Below are positions 1 through 10,021 of a stretch of 64,000 nt of DNA, in pieces. The DNA comes from an uncultured delta proteobacterium (GTDB lineage: Bacteria; Myxococcota; Myxococcia; Myxococcales; Anaeromyxobacteraceae). A program made the position numbers and the translations under genes. Each line of letters opens with the position of its first letter. Position 1 is the stretch's first letter. The notes beneath the pieces are model-generated. The model had not been told where the DNA came from. It did not search any database and saw only the letters and a list, made by a program, of their open reading frames with translations. The stretch is from assembly GCA_963845515.1 (NCBI GenBank), contig CAWJSR010000015.1, forward strand, positions 64,001 to 128,000. Reading direction: 5' to 3'.

Positions 1-1769
1 GCGAGGTGGTCAACTCGGCGTTCCTCTACCACGCGGTCAAGGCGGGGCTCGATCTCGCCATCGTGAACCCGAAGGACGTCCGCCCCTACCCGGCGCTCGC
101 GGAGGCGGAGCGGACCCTCGCCGAGGACCTGCTCTTCGACCGGCGCGAGGACGCGCTCGCGGCGCTCATCGCCCACTTCGGCGAGAAGGGGAACGACAAG
201 CCCGCCGCGCCGGTCGAGGACCTCCTCGCCGGCAAGACCGCCGAGGAGCGGCTAGCGCTCCAGATCCTCCACCGGCGCCCGGAGGGGATCGAGCCGCTCG
301 TCGACGAGGCGCTCACCCGCAGGTCGGCCGTGGCGGTGCTGAACGAGGTGCTCCTCCCGGCGATGAAGGACGTCGGCGACAGGTTCGGCGCCGGCGAGCT
401 GATCCTGCCGTTCGTCCTCCAGTCGGCCGAGGTGATGAAGCGCGCGGTCGGGTACCTGGAGCAGTTCCTGGAGAAGAAGGCGGGGTCCACCAAGGGGACC
501 GTCGTGCTCGCCACGGTCTACGGCGACGTGCACGACATCGGCAAGAACCTGGTCAAGACCATCCTCCAGAACAACGGCTTCACCGTCCACGACCTCGGCA
601 AGCAGGTGCCGGTCTCGACCATCATCGAGAGGGCGGTCTCCGAGAACGCCGACGCCATCGGCCTCTCGGCGCTGCTCGTCTCCACGTCGAAGCAGATGCC
701 GGCCTGCGTCGAGGAGCTGCACCGGCGGAACCTGTCGTTCCCGGTGATCGTCGGCGGCGCCGCCATCAACCGGCGCTTCGCCGCGAAGGCGCTCTTCGGC
801 GCGGACGGTACTCCGTACGCCGGCGGCGTCTACTACGCGCGCGACGCCTTCGAGGGCCTGTCGCTCATGGACGCGCTCGTCGACCCGAAGCGGCGCGACG
901 CGCTCAAGTCGGAGAACCTGTCCAGGGCCATCGCGCTCAGGGACGCCCCCGTGGATGGGGGCGCGGCCGCGCCGATCCGGACGGTGCGCGCCGGAACCCG
1001 GCCGGCGCCACATGTCCCCTCGCCACCCTTCTGGGGAACCCGGACCGTGCCCTCCGGCGAGGTCCCGCTCGCCGACCTCTGGCCGCTCCTGGACCGCACG
1101 GAGCTCTTCAAGCTCCAGTGGGGCGGGCGGGTGAGCGGGGCCGAGTACGAGAAGCTCGTGAAGGACGACTTCGGGCCGCGGCTCGCGGCGCTAACGGCCG
1201 AGGCGCAGGCCGAGGGCTGGCTCGTGCCGCGCGTCGTCTACGGCTACTTCCCCTGCCACGCCGAGGGGAACGACCTCGTCATCCTGGACCCGGTACACCG
1301 CCTGGCGGAGCTAGGGCGGCTGAAGCTCCCGCGCCAGCCAGCCGAGCGCCAGCTGTGCATGGCCGACTGGTTCCGCGAGGAGAAGGGGGCGGACGTCTGC
1401 GCGCTCCAGGTCGTGACGGTCGGCGACCGCGCGTCGAAGCTGGCGACCTCCCTCAACGACAAGGGCGAGTACGCCCGATCGCTCTTCATCCACGGCCTCG
1501 CGGTGGAGGCCGCCGAGGCGCTCGCGGAGTACTGGCACCGGCGCGTCCGCGCGGAGCTGGCGCTGCCGGACGGCCAGGGGAAGCGCTACTCACCCGGCTA
1601 CCCGGCCTGGCCCGACCTCGCCGACCAGCGGCTCGTCTTCAAGCTGCTGGACCCCGAGCGGACGATCGGCGTCTCGCTCACGGAGGCGGACCAGATGGTC
1701 CCCGAGGCGAGCACCTCGGCGATCGTGCTCCACCACCCGGACGCGACCTACTTCGCCGTCAAGGGGTAG
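1..1769 (+). CDS. metH: Cobalamin-dependent methionine synthase, C-terminal part (5'-truncated by window)
   Basis: B12-binding motif GDVHDIGKNLV, cap domain (MKDVGDRFGAGELILPFVLQSAEVMK), activation domain ending RYSPGYPA...PEASTSAIVLHHPDATYF. Confidence 0.95.
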   Translation, partial: EVVNSAFLYHAVKAGLDLAIVNPKDVRPYPALAEAERTLAEDLLFDRREDALAALIAHFGEKGNDKPAAPVEDLLAGKTAEERLALQILHRRPEGIEPLVDEALTRRSAVAVLNEVLLPAMKDVGDRFGAGELILPFVLQSAEVMKRAVGYLEQFLEKKAGSTKGTVVLATVYGDVHDIGKNLVKTILQNNGFTVHDLGKQVPVSTIIERAVSENADAIGLSALLVSTSKQMPACVEELHRRNLSFPVIVGGAAINRRFAAKALFGADGTPYAGGVYYARDAFEGLSLMDALVDPKRRDALKSENLSRAIALRDAPVDGGAAAPIRTVRAGTRPAPHVPSPPFWGTRTVPSGEVPLADLWPLLDRTELFKLQWGGRVSGAEYEKLVKDDFGPRLAALTAEAQAEGWLVPRVVYGYFPCHAEGNDLVILDPVHRLAELGRLKLPRQPAERQLCMADWFREEKGADVCALQVVTVGDRASKLATSLNDKGEYARSLFIHGLAVEAAEALAEYWHRRVRAELALPDGQGKRYSPGYPAWPDLADQRLVFKLLDPERTIGVSLTEADQMVPEASTSAIVLHHPDATYFAVKG

Positions 1770-1822
1770 GCGCCCCACTGGGACGGGCGACGGCCCCGCG
1801 CAGGACCTAGTAGTCCGGGGCC

Positions 1823-3115
1823 GTGGACGACCTCCTCGCTGCACGTGCGCTCTTCGGGCTCTCGCTCGCCTTCCATATCGTCTTCGCCGCCGTGGGCGTG
1901 GCGATGCCGCTCTTCATGGTCCTCGCGGAGTGGCGCTGGCGCCGCGCCGGCTCGGAGGTCCACCTGGAGCTGGCCCGGCGCTGGGCTAAGGCGACCACGA
2001 TCCTGTTCGCCGTCGGGGCGGTGTCCGGCACGGTCATCTCCTTCGAGCTGGGGCTCCTGTGGCCGCGGTTCATGGAGTTCGCCGGACCGATCATCGGCAT
2101 GCCGTTCTCACTGGAGGGCTTCGCCTTCTTCGCAGAGGCGATCTTCCTCGGCATCTACCTCTACGGCTGGGAGCGCGTGCCTGCGCGGCTGCACCTCGCC
2201 AGCGGCGTCGTGGTCGCCGCGAGCGGGGCGCTCTCGGCCTTCTTCGTGACGCTCGCGAACGCGTGGATGAACCACCCCGCCGGGTTCCAGCTTTACGCAG
2301 GCGCGGCGACAGGGATCCGTCCCTTCGAGGCGATGTTCCCGCCCGGCTGGGCCCACGAGGTGATCCACGTCCTCCTCTCCTGCTACGTGGCGACCGCCTT
2401 CGCGCTGGCGGGGATCCACGCCGCGGCGCTGCTGCGGGAGCCCGCGAGCGCGTTCCATCGCGCGGCGCTCCGGATCGTGCTCGGCGTCGGCGCCGTCGGG
2501 GCGCTCCTGCAGCCGGTCTCGGGCGACCTCTCCGCGCGCCAGGTCGCGCAGCACCAGCCGCTCAAGCTCGCGGCGCTCGAGGGCCAGTTCAGGACGGAGC
2601 GGGGCGCACCGCTCAGGATCGGCGGCATCCCGGATCCGGAGCGCCGCGAGACCCGCTACGCGCTGGAGCTCCCCCGCGGCCTCTCGCTCCTGGCGTTCCA
2701 CGATCCCGCCGCCGAGGTGAAGGGGCTGGAGGCCTTCCCGCGCGGGGACTGGCCCAACGTCCGAAACGTCCACTTCGCCTTCCAGATCATGGTGGGGCTG
2801 GGGACGCTGCTCGCGCTCGTCGCCGCGACGGCGGCCGCGCTGTGGGTCCGCAGGCGTCCCATGCCGCGCTGGTTCCTGCGGCTCCTCGTCCTCAGTGCGC
2901 CGGCCGGCTTCCTGGCGCTGGAGGCGGGCTGGCTGGTGACCGAGTGGGGGCGCCAGCCGTACTCGGTCTGGGGCGTGCTGCGGACCGCCGACTCGGTGAC
3001 CCCCGTCGGCCACCTCGCCGTGCCGCTCGTCCTCTTCACGCTCCTCTATGCGTTCCTGGCGGTCATCACGGTCGCGCTACTGCGGCGCCAGATCGCTCCC
3101 GGACGGCTCCGATGA
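1823..3115 (+). CDS. cydA: Cytochrome bd ubiquinol oxidase subunit I
   Basis: FHIVFA, GAVSGTVISFELGLLWP, EGFAFFAEAIFLG, QPLKLAALEG, EAGWLVTEWGRQP motifs. Confidence 0.95.
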   Translation: MDDLLAARALFGLSLAFHIVFAAVGVAMPLFMVLAEWRWRRAGSEVHLELARRWAKATTILFAVGAVSGTVISFELGLLWPRFMEFAGPIIGMPFSLEGFAFFAEAIFLGIYLYGWERVPARLHLASGVVVAASGALSAFFVTLANAWMNHPAGFQLYAGAATGIRPFEAMFPPGWAHEVIHVLLSCYVATAFALAGIHAAALLREPASAFHRAALRIVLGVGAVGALLQPVSGDLSARQVAQHQPLKLAALEGQFRTERGAPLRIGGIPDPERRETRYALELPRGLSLLAFHDPAAEVKGLEAFPRGDWPNVRNVHFAFQIMVGLGTLLALVAATAAALWVRRRPMPRWFLRLLVLSAPAGFLALEAGWLVTEWGRQPYSVWGVLRTADSVTPVGHLAVPLVLFTLLYAFLAVITVALLRRQIAPGRLR

Positions 3116-4134
3116 CCCCCGCCGACCTCCTCGGGGGCGCGATGCTGGTCGCGCTGATCCTCTACACTCTCACCGGAGGCGCCGACTTCGGCGGCGGCAT
3201 CTGGGACCTCCTCGCCTCCGGGCCCAGGACGCGTGAGCAGCGCGAGCTGATCGAGCACGCGATCGGCCCGATCTGGGAGGCGAACCACGTCTGGCTCATC
3301 CTCGTGGTCGTGGTGCTCTTCACGGCGTTCCCGGCCGCGTTCGCGGCGGCCTCGGTCGCCCTCTTCGTACCGCTGGTGCTCCTCCTGGTCGGCATCGTCC
3401 TCCGTGGCGCGGCGTTCACCTTCCGGGCGTACGATCGCCGGGACGACCGCGTGCAGGCCCGCTGGGGGCTGCTCTTCTCCTCGGCGTCGGCGCTCGCACC
3501 GCTCCTGCTCGGGGTGGTCGTCGGCGCGCTCGCGTCGGGACGGCTCCGCGTCGCCGCGCGAGGCTCCGAGCCGCTCGCGTGGCTCGCGCCGTTCCCGCTC
3601 TCGGTCGGACTCCTCGCCCTGGCGCTGTTCGCGTACCTCGCTGCGGCCTACCTCTCCGTCGAGTCCACGGGGGCGCTGCGTGACGACTTCCGGCGCAGGG
3701 CGCTGGCCGCGGGCGTGGCCGCGGGCGTCGCGGCGCTGCTCGCCGCCGCGCTGGCACGCGCGCAGGCGCCGCTCGTCTTCGAGGGACTGACGCAGCGGCC
3801 GTGGTCGTGGCCACTCCTCGCCACGACCGCGGCGGCCGCGGGCGTCGCGTTCGCCGCCCTGTCCGGCGGTCGCGTCCGGCTCGCGCGCGCGGCCGCGGCG
3901 CTGCAGTCGGCGCTCATCGTGGCGGGGTGGGGCGCGGCCCAGCACCCGTACCTCCTCGTGCCCGACCTGACGCTCGCGTCGGCGAGCGCACCGCGCAGCG
4001 TGCAGGTCGCGCTGCTGTGGGCGCTCGGCGCGGGCGCGGTCTTCCTCTTCCCCGCCCTCTACCTGCTCTTCCGGGTGTTCAAGGGAGCGCGGCCGTTCTC
4101 GGTGCTCGATCGGCGCCGCACTACTCCGCCATGA
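3112..4134 (+). CDS. cydB: Cytochrome bd ubiquinol oxidase subunit II
   Basis: ATGA overlap with cydA; GGADFGGG and IGPIWEANHVWLI motifs. Confidence 0.93.
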   Translation: MTPADLLGGAMLVALILYTLTGGADFGGGIWDLLASGPRTREQRELIEHAIGPIWEANHVWLILVVVVLFTAFPAAFAAASVALFVPLVLLLVGIVLRGAAFTFRAYDRRDDRVQARWGLLFSSASALAPLLLGVVVGALASGRLRVAARGSEPLAWLAPFPLSVGLLALALFAYLAAAYLSVESTGALRDDFRRRALAAGVAAGVAALLAAALARAQAPLVFEGLTQRPWSWPLLATTAAAAGVAFAALSGGRVRLARAAAALQSALIVAGWGAAQHPYLLVPDLTLASASAPRSVQVALLWALGAGAVFLFPALYLLFRVFKGARPFSVLDRRRTTPP

Positions 4135-4708
4135 CCCGGATCTCCCCGCTCGTCATGTCGTAGATCCAGCCGTGGGTCTGGAGCTTCCCGGCCTGCTGCG
4201 CCTTCCGGACGAACGGGTAGTCGTGCAGGTGGTCCAGCTGCAGCCGGACGTTCTCCTCGACGATGAGCTTGTGGCGCTGCTCGGCGCCGACGTCGATCCG
4301 GAGCGAGCGGAGCTTCTCGTCCACGCGCTCCTTCGCCTTGTAAGCGCCGTTGAGCCAGATCGGGATGTACTTGTCCTCGGTGTCCTCGTCGTCGAGGGCG
4401 TTGATGCCGCCGCAGCCGTAGTGGCCGCAGATGACGACGTCGGGGATCTTGAGGTGGTTGATCGAGAACTCCAGGACGGCGGAGAGGTTCCAGTCGTTCT
4501 GGGCGACGACGTTGCCGACGTTTCGGTGGACGAAGACCTCCCCCGGGCGAGTGTCGGTGATCACGTTCACTGCGAGGCGGGAGTCCGAGCAGCCGATCCA
4601 CAGGACCGTCGGGCTCTGCGCCTTCGCCAGCCCGGCGAAGTAGTCGCGCTCCTTGTCGAAGGTGGTCTCGACGAACCGCCTGTTCCCCTCGAGCAGCCTC
4701 GTGATCAT
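4121..4708 (-). CDS. can: Beta-class carbonic anhydrase
   Basis: GCSDSR, HRNVGN and CGHYGCGG zinc-binding motifs. Confidence 0.93.
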   Translation of the reverse strand: MITRLLEGNRRFVETTFDKERDYFAGLAKAQSPTVLWIGCSDSRLAVNVITDTRPGEVFVHRNVGNVVAQNDWNLSAVLEFSINHLKIPDVVICGHYGCGGINALDDEDTEDKYIPIWLNGAYKAKERVDEKLRSLRIDVGAEQRHKLIVEENVRLQLDHLHDYPFVRKAQQAGKLQTHGWIYDMTSGEIRVMAE

Positions 4709-4799
4709 GCGCGCCTCGACTTCCGCAGGCAGGAGCGACCGCTCCCATCATGGCCGGACCGCGCGGAAAAGCGAAGCCGTGACTCGAGGCGACGCGGCG

Positions 4800-5297
4800 C
4801 TACGCGAAGTCGCGCGCCAGCTCCTCGCAGAGGAAGCCGGGAGGGGGACTGTCCCCCAGCTTAGCGCCGAGGAGCCCCACCTTGATCCCCGCCTTCTTGA
4901 GCCGGCTCGACGCGCGGCTGCTGAGCACGACCAGGACGATGAGTCCGATGAGGTTCGGCAGGAAGCCGCCGATGGCCCAGAGCACGGCCACCTTCGACCC
5001 GAGCGCCCCCGCGAGGCGGTAGGTCGCGACGGCCATCCAGAGCCGGACTCCAACGACCACGGCGACGATCACGATCGCCGCGACCTCGCGGAAGCCCTGG
5101 GCCTCCCCGGACAGCGGCGAGGGGAGCTGCGTGAAGAGGACGGCCAGGATCCCGGCGAGGACCGCCAGCATGATCTGGCGCTGCGCGTCGGCGATCGCCT
5201 TGAGGGCCGCCCAGGACGGGAGGGCCGCGGCGCGCGCCCGCGTCCGGAACGAGGGCTCGGGCGGCGGCGGCAGGTTCGTGGGCTCGGGGAGTGGCAT
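4800..5297 (-). CDS. Hypothetical membrane protein
   Basis: ORF with three hydrophobic segments, directly downstream of the LEA_2 gene. Confidence 0.6.
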   Translation of the reverse strand: MPLPEPTNLPPPPEPSFRTRARAAALPSWAALKAIADAQRQIMLAVLAGILAVLFTQLPSPLSGEAQGFREVAAIVIVAVVVGVRLWMAVATYRLAGALGSKVAVLWAIGGFLPNLIGLIVLVVLSSRASSRLKKAGIKVGLLGAKLGDSPPPGFLCEELARDFA

Positions 5298-5311
5298 GGA
5301 CCCGATCCGCG

Positions 5312-6139
5312 CTACGGCAGTGGCAGCTGGCCGCTCACCGCGAACGGCAGCTGCATCCAGCCGAAGCCGGCGGTGCCGCTGGCCCCGACGCTGACCGACT
5401 TCCCGCGCGCCTGCATGAGCGCGCGCCCCGCGCCCAGGATGGAGAGCCGGACCGGGATCTCCAGCGTCGCCGTGCCGCCCGCCGGGATCGCGCCGAGCTC
5501 ACGGCTCGCCGCCTGGGCGACACGCTCGCCCGAGAGCTCCACGTCGAGCTTCACCGAGGCCGCCGGGAGCGGGAAGCCATTGGGGTTCTCCACGCGGAGC
5601 CGCACGAGGAGCTCCGTCTCGGTGAAGGTCTGCCGGCCGAGCCGGATCCCGCCGAGCTCGACGCGTGGCAGCCTGGGGACCGGCAGGCTGCCGGCGTGCG
5701 ACCAGGGGACCTCGATCGGCCCGATCGGGGACTCCACCTTCACGCTGCCCGCGACCCTGAAGTCGACCTTCTCCTTGGTCTCGGCGAGCCTCGCGAGGTT
5801 CGCGAGGTCGGCGAAGCGGAGATGCGCCGTGACGCGAGAGGTGGCGGAGCCGTTGGCGGGAAGCGTGAGCCCGCCGGGCGCGTCGCCGCTCGCCACGCGC
5901 CCCCCCTCGGCGTCGAGCTGCCACGTGAGCGCGGCCACGCGAAGCCCAAGGTGATTGGGGTTCTTCACCAGCAGGTCCACCGCGACCGTCATCCCCTCGA
6001 AGTCGGCGGCGGTCGGCGCCGCCGACACGACCGAGACCTCTGGCGTCATGATCCCCTGCCGCAGGACCGCTCCGAGCCCCCCGCATCCGGAGAGCGTGGA
6101 CAGCACTGCTACGGCAGCGACTCGCGGGCTCAGCGTCAC
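5312..6139 (-). CDS. LEA type 2 (WHy) domain lipoprotein, two domains
   Basis: Lipobox LSGC; two NPN motifs (VKNPNHLGL, VENPNGFPL). Confidence 0.8.
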   Translation of the reverse strand: MTLSPRVAAVAVLSTLSGCGGLGAVLRQGIMTPEVSVVSAAPTAADFEGMTVAVDLLVKNPNHLGLRVAALTWQLDAEGGRVASGDAPGGLTLPANGSATSRVTAHLRFADLANLARLAETKEKVDFRVAGSVKVESPIGPIEVPWSHAGSLPVPRLPRVELGGIRLGRQTFTETELLVRLRVENPNGFPLPAASVKLDVELSGERVAQAASRELGAIPAGGTATLEIPVRLSILGAGRALMQARGKSVSVGASGTAGFGWMQLPFAVSGQLPLP

Positions 6140-7275
6140 GGCTCCACCTCCACGTCCAGTTCACTGATACAGGCGTCGTCCCGCTTACCCTTGTACACGT
6201 CCACGATCACGATCGTCACGCCGAAGACGCGCTCCCCTCCGGATAGTGCGATCCGCTGCGCCTTCGGCTCGTCGGCGAGATCGCCCTCCACCTTGGTCCC
6301 GTCCGGCAGGATCACGCGGATCCGCTTTGGCCTCGTCACCTCCCGGAACGCGTCGCCGGCGTCGAGGCCGGGGACGATGGAGACGGCCTTCACGCGCTGC
6401 GCAGGGACGAAGGCGAGCTCCAGCTTCTGGAACCAGCCGGCGCCCGGCGCGCCCTCGCACCAGGCGGTGTCGGGCCTGCCGTCCACGGCGGCCGCGGCCG
6501 AGTAGTCGACGAGCCCCGCGCGCGACGGCAGCGTCGACGACGCGGTGATCTTGTCGAGGAACGGGATCGGGTAGGGGCGAACGGAGTGGCGAACGCCATC
6601 GAAGCGGTAGCTCGCCACCTCGACCGCCTCCTCTGCGCAGTCACCGGTGGCGTCGCAGTCGACGGTGGTCGAGCGGACCCGCAGGTCGGCGAACCCGCCA
6701 GAGGAGGTCGGCAGGACCTCGATCGCCTGGCGCACGCTCGGGCGCCTGCTCCCCGGCGCGGCGGTCCTGGCGATCGGGGCGGCGAGGAGGCGCGTCAGCC
6801 GTCCCGCGCCGAAGCGGTGGATGAAGGTCCGCTCCTCGGCGGCGCTCCCGTCGACCGCATTCCAGCCGACCGTGGAGGAGAGGGCGCCAGGGGCCACTCG
6901 GTGAGCGTTCACCGCGAGCGCCACCGTCGGCGGCCCCCAGGTCTCCACCCCCTCGAGCTCGTCGCTGCCGAGGAGCGCGTTCCCGCCATCGACGTCGCCG
7001 AAGACCAGCAGCGCGAAGACCGCCGAGCCCTTCGGCTTCGGCATGGACGCGACGAGGAGCGCCACGTCTCCTCCGGTGAGGTCGGCGCGGGCGGTGGCCA
7101 CGACCGCTCCCCGGATCTTCGCCTTGCCGAGCTCGAGGAGCGCGGCGTCGCTGGCCTTCGCTGCCGGGGACCGGGGGCCGGCCGGCGGCTGCGCCCCTTG
7201 CGCGACAGCGGCCGTGACGAGGAGCGCCGCTGACACCGCCAGGAGCGCCCTTGACGAGACGTGCTTCAGATGCAT
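6136..7275 (-). CDS. Secreted protein with C-terminal discoidin/NADase-type glycan-binding-like domain
   Basis: Signal peptide from MHLKHVSS; C-terminal ASSTL...DGRPDTAWCEG...RPKRI...DDACISE pattern. Confidence 0.65.
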   Translation of the reverse strand: MHLKHVSSRALLAVSAALLVTAAVAQGAQPPAGPRSPAAKASDAALLELGKAKIRGAVVATARADLTGGDVALLVASMPKPKGSAVFALLVFGDVDGGNALLGSDELEGVETWGPPTVALAVNAHRVAPGALSSTVGWNAVDGSAAEERTFIHRFGAGRLTRLLAAPIARTAAPGSRRPSVRQAIEVLPTSSGGFADLRVRSTTVDCDATGDCAEEAVEVASYRFDGVRHSVRPYPIPFLDKITASSTLPSRAGLVDYSAAAAVDGRPDTAWCEGAPGAGWFQKLELAFVPAQRVKAVSIVPGLDAGDAFREVTRPKRIRVILPDGTKVEGDLADEPKAQRIALSGGERVFGVTIVIVDVYKGKRDDACISELDVEVEP

Positions 7276-7309
7276 TTCCCCCGAATCTACACCCACTCGC
7301 CGCGGCCTT

Positions 7310-7396
7310 GTATCCACGCCCCATCCACCCCCATTCCACGCCCATTCCACGGCCGGATCCCTGGAGATTTCCGCAGTTCTCCACCGCACATCCACG
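7310..7396 (+). promoter_or_regulatory. Phased TCCAC direct repeats upstream of dnaB (candidate protein-binding array)
   Basis: TCCAC at 7313, 7324, 7335, 7346 (exact 11-bp period) and 7380, 7391. Confidence 0.5.
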
Positions 7397-7436
7397 GTGA
7401 TCCGCGTCGGACCCCGCTGTTAGGCTGCGCCCACCG

Positions 7437-8852
7437 ATGGCCGAACAGGAAGCGCCAAGACGCACCGAAGCCCCAGTCTCCGCGCTCAGGAGCGCACGCG
7501 ATCTGCCCCACAACGTGGAGGCGGAGCAGGCGGTGCTCGGCGCGATCCTGATCGACGAGAACGCCTTCGACCAGGTCGCGGCCCGGCTCAAGCCGGGTGA
7601 CTTCTACCTGCTCCCGCACCAGCACGTCTTCGACGTCTGCATGGGGCTCGCGACCGAGGGGAAGACGATCGATCCGGTGCTCGTGATGCAGCGGCTCGAC
7701 GCGAAGGGCTGGCTCGGCACGGCGGTCCCGCGAGAGCTCCCGCTGTCGCTCGCCCGCGGCCTCGGCACCGCGAGCAACGCCGACCACTACGCGCGCGTCG
7801 TCCAGGACCTCTCGCGGCTCCGCCAGATGATGCTCACCGCGCAGCGGCTGGTGGAGCGCGGGTACGAGTCGGGCGCCAACGTCCAGAACTTCCTGGACTC
7901 CGCGCAGCAGGACGTCTTCGGCGCCGCCGCCGGCACCGGCATGGAGACGCTGCGCCCGATCCAGGAGCCGCTCCTCCAGGCGGTCGACAACCTGGAGGCG
8001 ATCCAGAAGCGGGTGCAGGCGGGGCTCTCGCCGATCACCGGCGTGCCCACCGGCCTCCCGTCGCTCGACAAGATGATGCTCGGCCTCCAGCCCGGGTCGC
8101 TCATCGTCCTCGCGGCCCGGCCCTCGGTCGGCAAGACGGCCTTCGCCCTCAACATCGCCGCCCACGCGGCGGTGAAGCAGGGGAAGAAGGTCGCCGTCTT
8201 CTCGCTCGAGATGCCCTCCGATCAGCTCGCGCTCCGCATGCTGGCGTCCGAGGCCAAGCTCGACTGGCGCCGGCTCTCGCAGGGCATGATGTCCAAGCTC
8301 GACTGGGAGAAGGTGGGGAACCACGCCGAGAAGATCAGCCGCTCCTCGCTCTGGCTCGACGACAACTTCGTCCTCACGCCGGTCGAGCTCCGCTCGAAGT
8401 GCCGCAAGATCAAGCGCGAGCATGGCGGGCTGGACCTCGTCGTGATCGACTACCTCCAGCTCATGCACGCCCCCAGCGACCGTGGGATCCAGTCGCGCGA
8501 GCAGGAGATCGCCACCATCAGCCGCTCGCTCAAGGCGCTCTCCAAGGAGCTGCAGCTCCCAGTCCTCGCCCTCTCGCAGCTCAACCGCAGCGTCGAGAAG
8601 CGGAAGGGCGAGCCGCCCATGCTCTCGGACCTCCGCGAGTCGGGCGCCATCGAGCAGGACGCCGACGTGGTCATGTTCCTCCACCGCGACGACGGCGACG
8701 AGAAGGACGGCGCCGCCGCCCAGACCGGCGACACTCAGCAGGTCCAGCTCCACGTGGCCAAGCAGCGCCAGGGGCCAACCGGGCGGGTGGACCTGGTCTT
8801 CTTCAAGACCAACACCTTCTTCGCCGAGATGCGGAGCGACGGCGGGGCGTAG
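7437..8852 (+). CDS. dnaB: Replicative DNA helicase
   Basis: PHNVEAEQAVLG, AARPSVGKT, FSLEM, VIDYLQLM, LSQLNR, SDLRESGAIEQDAD. Confidence 0.98.
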   Translation: MAEQEAPRRTEAPVSALRSARDLPHNVEAEQAVLGAILIDENAFDQVAARLKPGDFYLLPHQHVFDVCMGLATEGKTIDPVLVMQRLDAKGWLGTAVPRELPLSLARGLGTASNADHYARVVQDLSRLRQMMLTAQRLVERGYESGANVQNFLDSAQQDVFGAAAGTGMETLRPIQEPLLQAVDNLEAIQKRVQAGLSPITGVPTGLPSLDKMMLGLQPGSLIVLAARPSVGKTAFALNIAAHAAVKQGKKVAVFSLEMPSDQLALRMLASEAKLDWRRLSQGMMSKLDWEKVGNHAEKISRSSLWLDDNFVLTPVELRSKCRKIKREHGGLDLVVIDYLQLMHAPSDRGIQSREQEIATISRSLKALSKELQLPVLALSQLNRSVEKRKGEPPMLSDLRESGAIEQDADVVMFLHRDDGDEKDGAAAQTGDTQQVQLHVAKQRQGPTGRVDLVFFKTNTFFAEMRSDGGA

Positions 8853-8857
8853 CGCGG

Positions 8858-8897
8858 CCCCCTCACGCTGACCCTCTCCCCCGGTGGGGGAGAGGGA
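8858..8897 (+). repeat. REP-like palindromic repeat, copy 1
   Basis: cccctcacgctgaccctctcccccggtgggggagaggga; related copies at 14567, 14683, 15817. Confidence 0.7.
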
Positions 8898-8908
8898 AGT
8901 CCAGGGCG

Positions 8909-9126
8909 TCAGTTGGCGGCGGTCTTCTGGGCCGTCGGAGCCTTCGTCTTCTCCGCCTTGACGGCCTTCTGCGCGCCGGGGGCCTTCTCGGACTTCGCGA
9001 CCGCGCCGCTCGGCGCCGGCCGGCCGAGGTCGTCGTCGTGTGCGGCTTGTCGAAGCCGCACGGGAGCGCCGGGGCCGCGAGCGCGAGCAGCGCGAGCGCG
9101 GTGACTGCACGGGCAACGAGCTTCAT
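8909..9126 (-). CDS. Small secreted Lys/Ala-rich protein (one apparent frameshift near 9030)
   Basis: RBS aaggag, signal peptide MKLVARAVTALALLALAAPALPC, continues in another frame to ...AQKTAAN*. Confidence 0.55.
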
Positions 9127-9264
9127 GGCTTCGCTCCTTCGATACGGGTGGTGGGCCAGTGCATGTGGGCGCGCGCGCCCCGAGGCAACCCGACCCGCGC
9201 GGAGCGGCCGCTTGCGCCCCAACTGCGGCGCAAGCCGTCCCTTGGCCCCCGGTGACCAGGCGGC

Positions 9265-10021
9265 CTAGGTGTCGGCCGCGTCGAGGTACCGCTCGACGAT
9301 CCGCTTTGCGCCGCGCACGGCGTCGTCCAGCGACGCCCCACGAGCGAGGAGACCGGCTATCGCCGACGCGAGCCTGCACCCGGTGCCGCGCGCGCTCACG
9401 GAGCGCCGCCGGCCGGTGAAGCGGGTCACGCGGCGGCCTTCGACGAGCAGGTCGACCGGCGCCCCCGCGCGGTGCCCTCCCTTCACGAGGACCGCGCGGG
9501 ATGGCAGCGCGCGGGCGGCCGCGATCGCCGCCTCGTCGGTCGCCACGTCGAGCCCCGTCAGCGCCTGGAGCTCCGGGAGGTTCGGGGTCGCCAGCCGGGC
9601 GCGGGCGAGGAGAGGCTCGAGCGAGGCGGCGATCCCGCGCCCCTCGTCGTCGAAGAGCGACGCTCCGGAGGAGGCGACGAGGACCGGGTCGACCACCAGC
9701 GGAACGCGGGCGAGGTCGCGCGCACCGAACCGGTCCGACAGGACGCGGGCGCCGAGCGCGGCCCCGAGCATGCCGGTCTTCAGGGCGCGCGGCCGTTCGC
9801 GGCCGGCGAGGAGCGCGTCGATCTGCGGCGAGGAGCATCCGCTCGCCGACCGGCTCGAAGCCGCTCGCCCCCTTCGGCCCCTGCGCCGTCAGCGCCGTCG
9901 CGACCGCCCAGCCGCGCGCTCCCACCGCGGCGAGCGCCTGGAGGTCGGCGACGAGCCCTGCGCCGCCGGAGGGATCGAGCCCCGCGGCGACGAGCACCGT
10001 GGGAGTGGCGGCTCGCCTCAC
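9265..10021 (-). CDS. thiD: Hydroxymethylpyrimidine/phosphomethylpyrimidine kinase (frameshift near 9830)
   Basis: AGLDPSGGAGLVADL in one frame; VVDPVL, TPNLPE, VLVKGGH, RGTGCRLASAIA in the next. Confidence 0.88.

Noticed and set aside
7280..7436. Chromosomal origin oriC
   Set aside because: No perfect DnaA box, no AT-rich unwinding element, no dnaA/dnaN; kept only as a regulatory array
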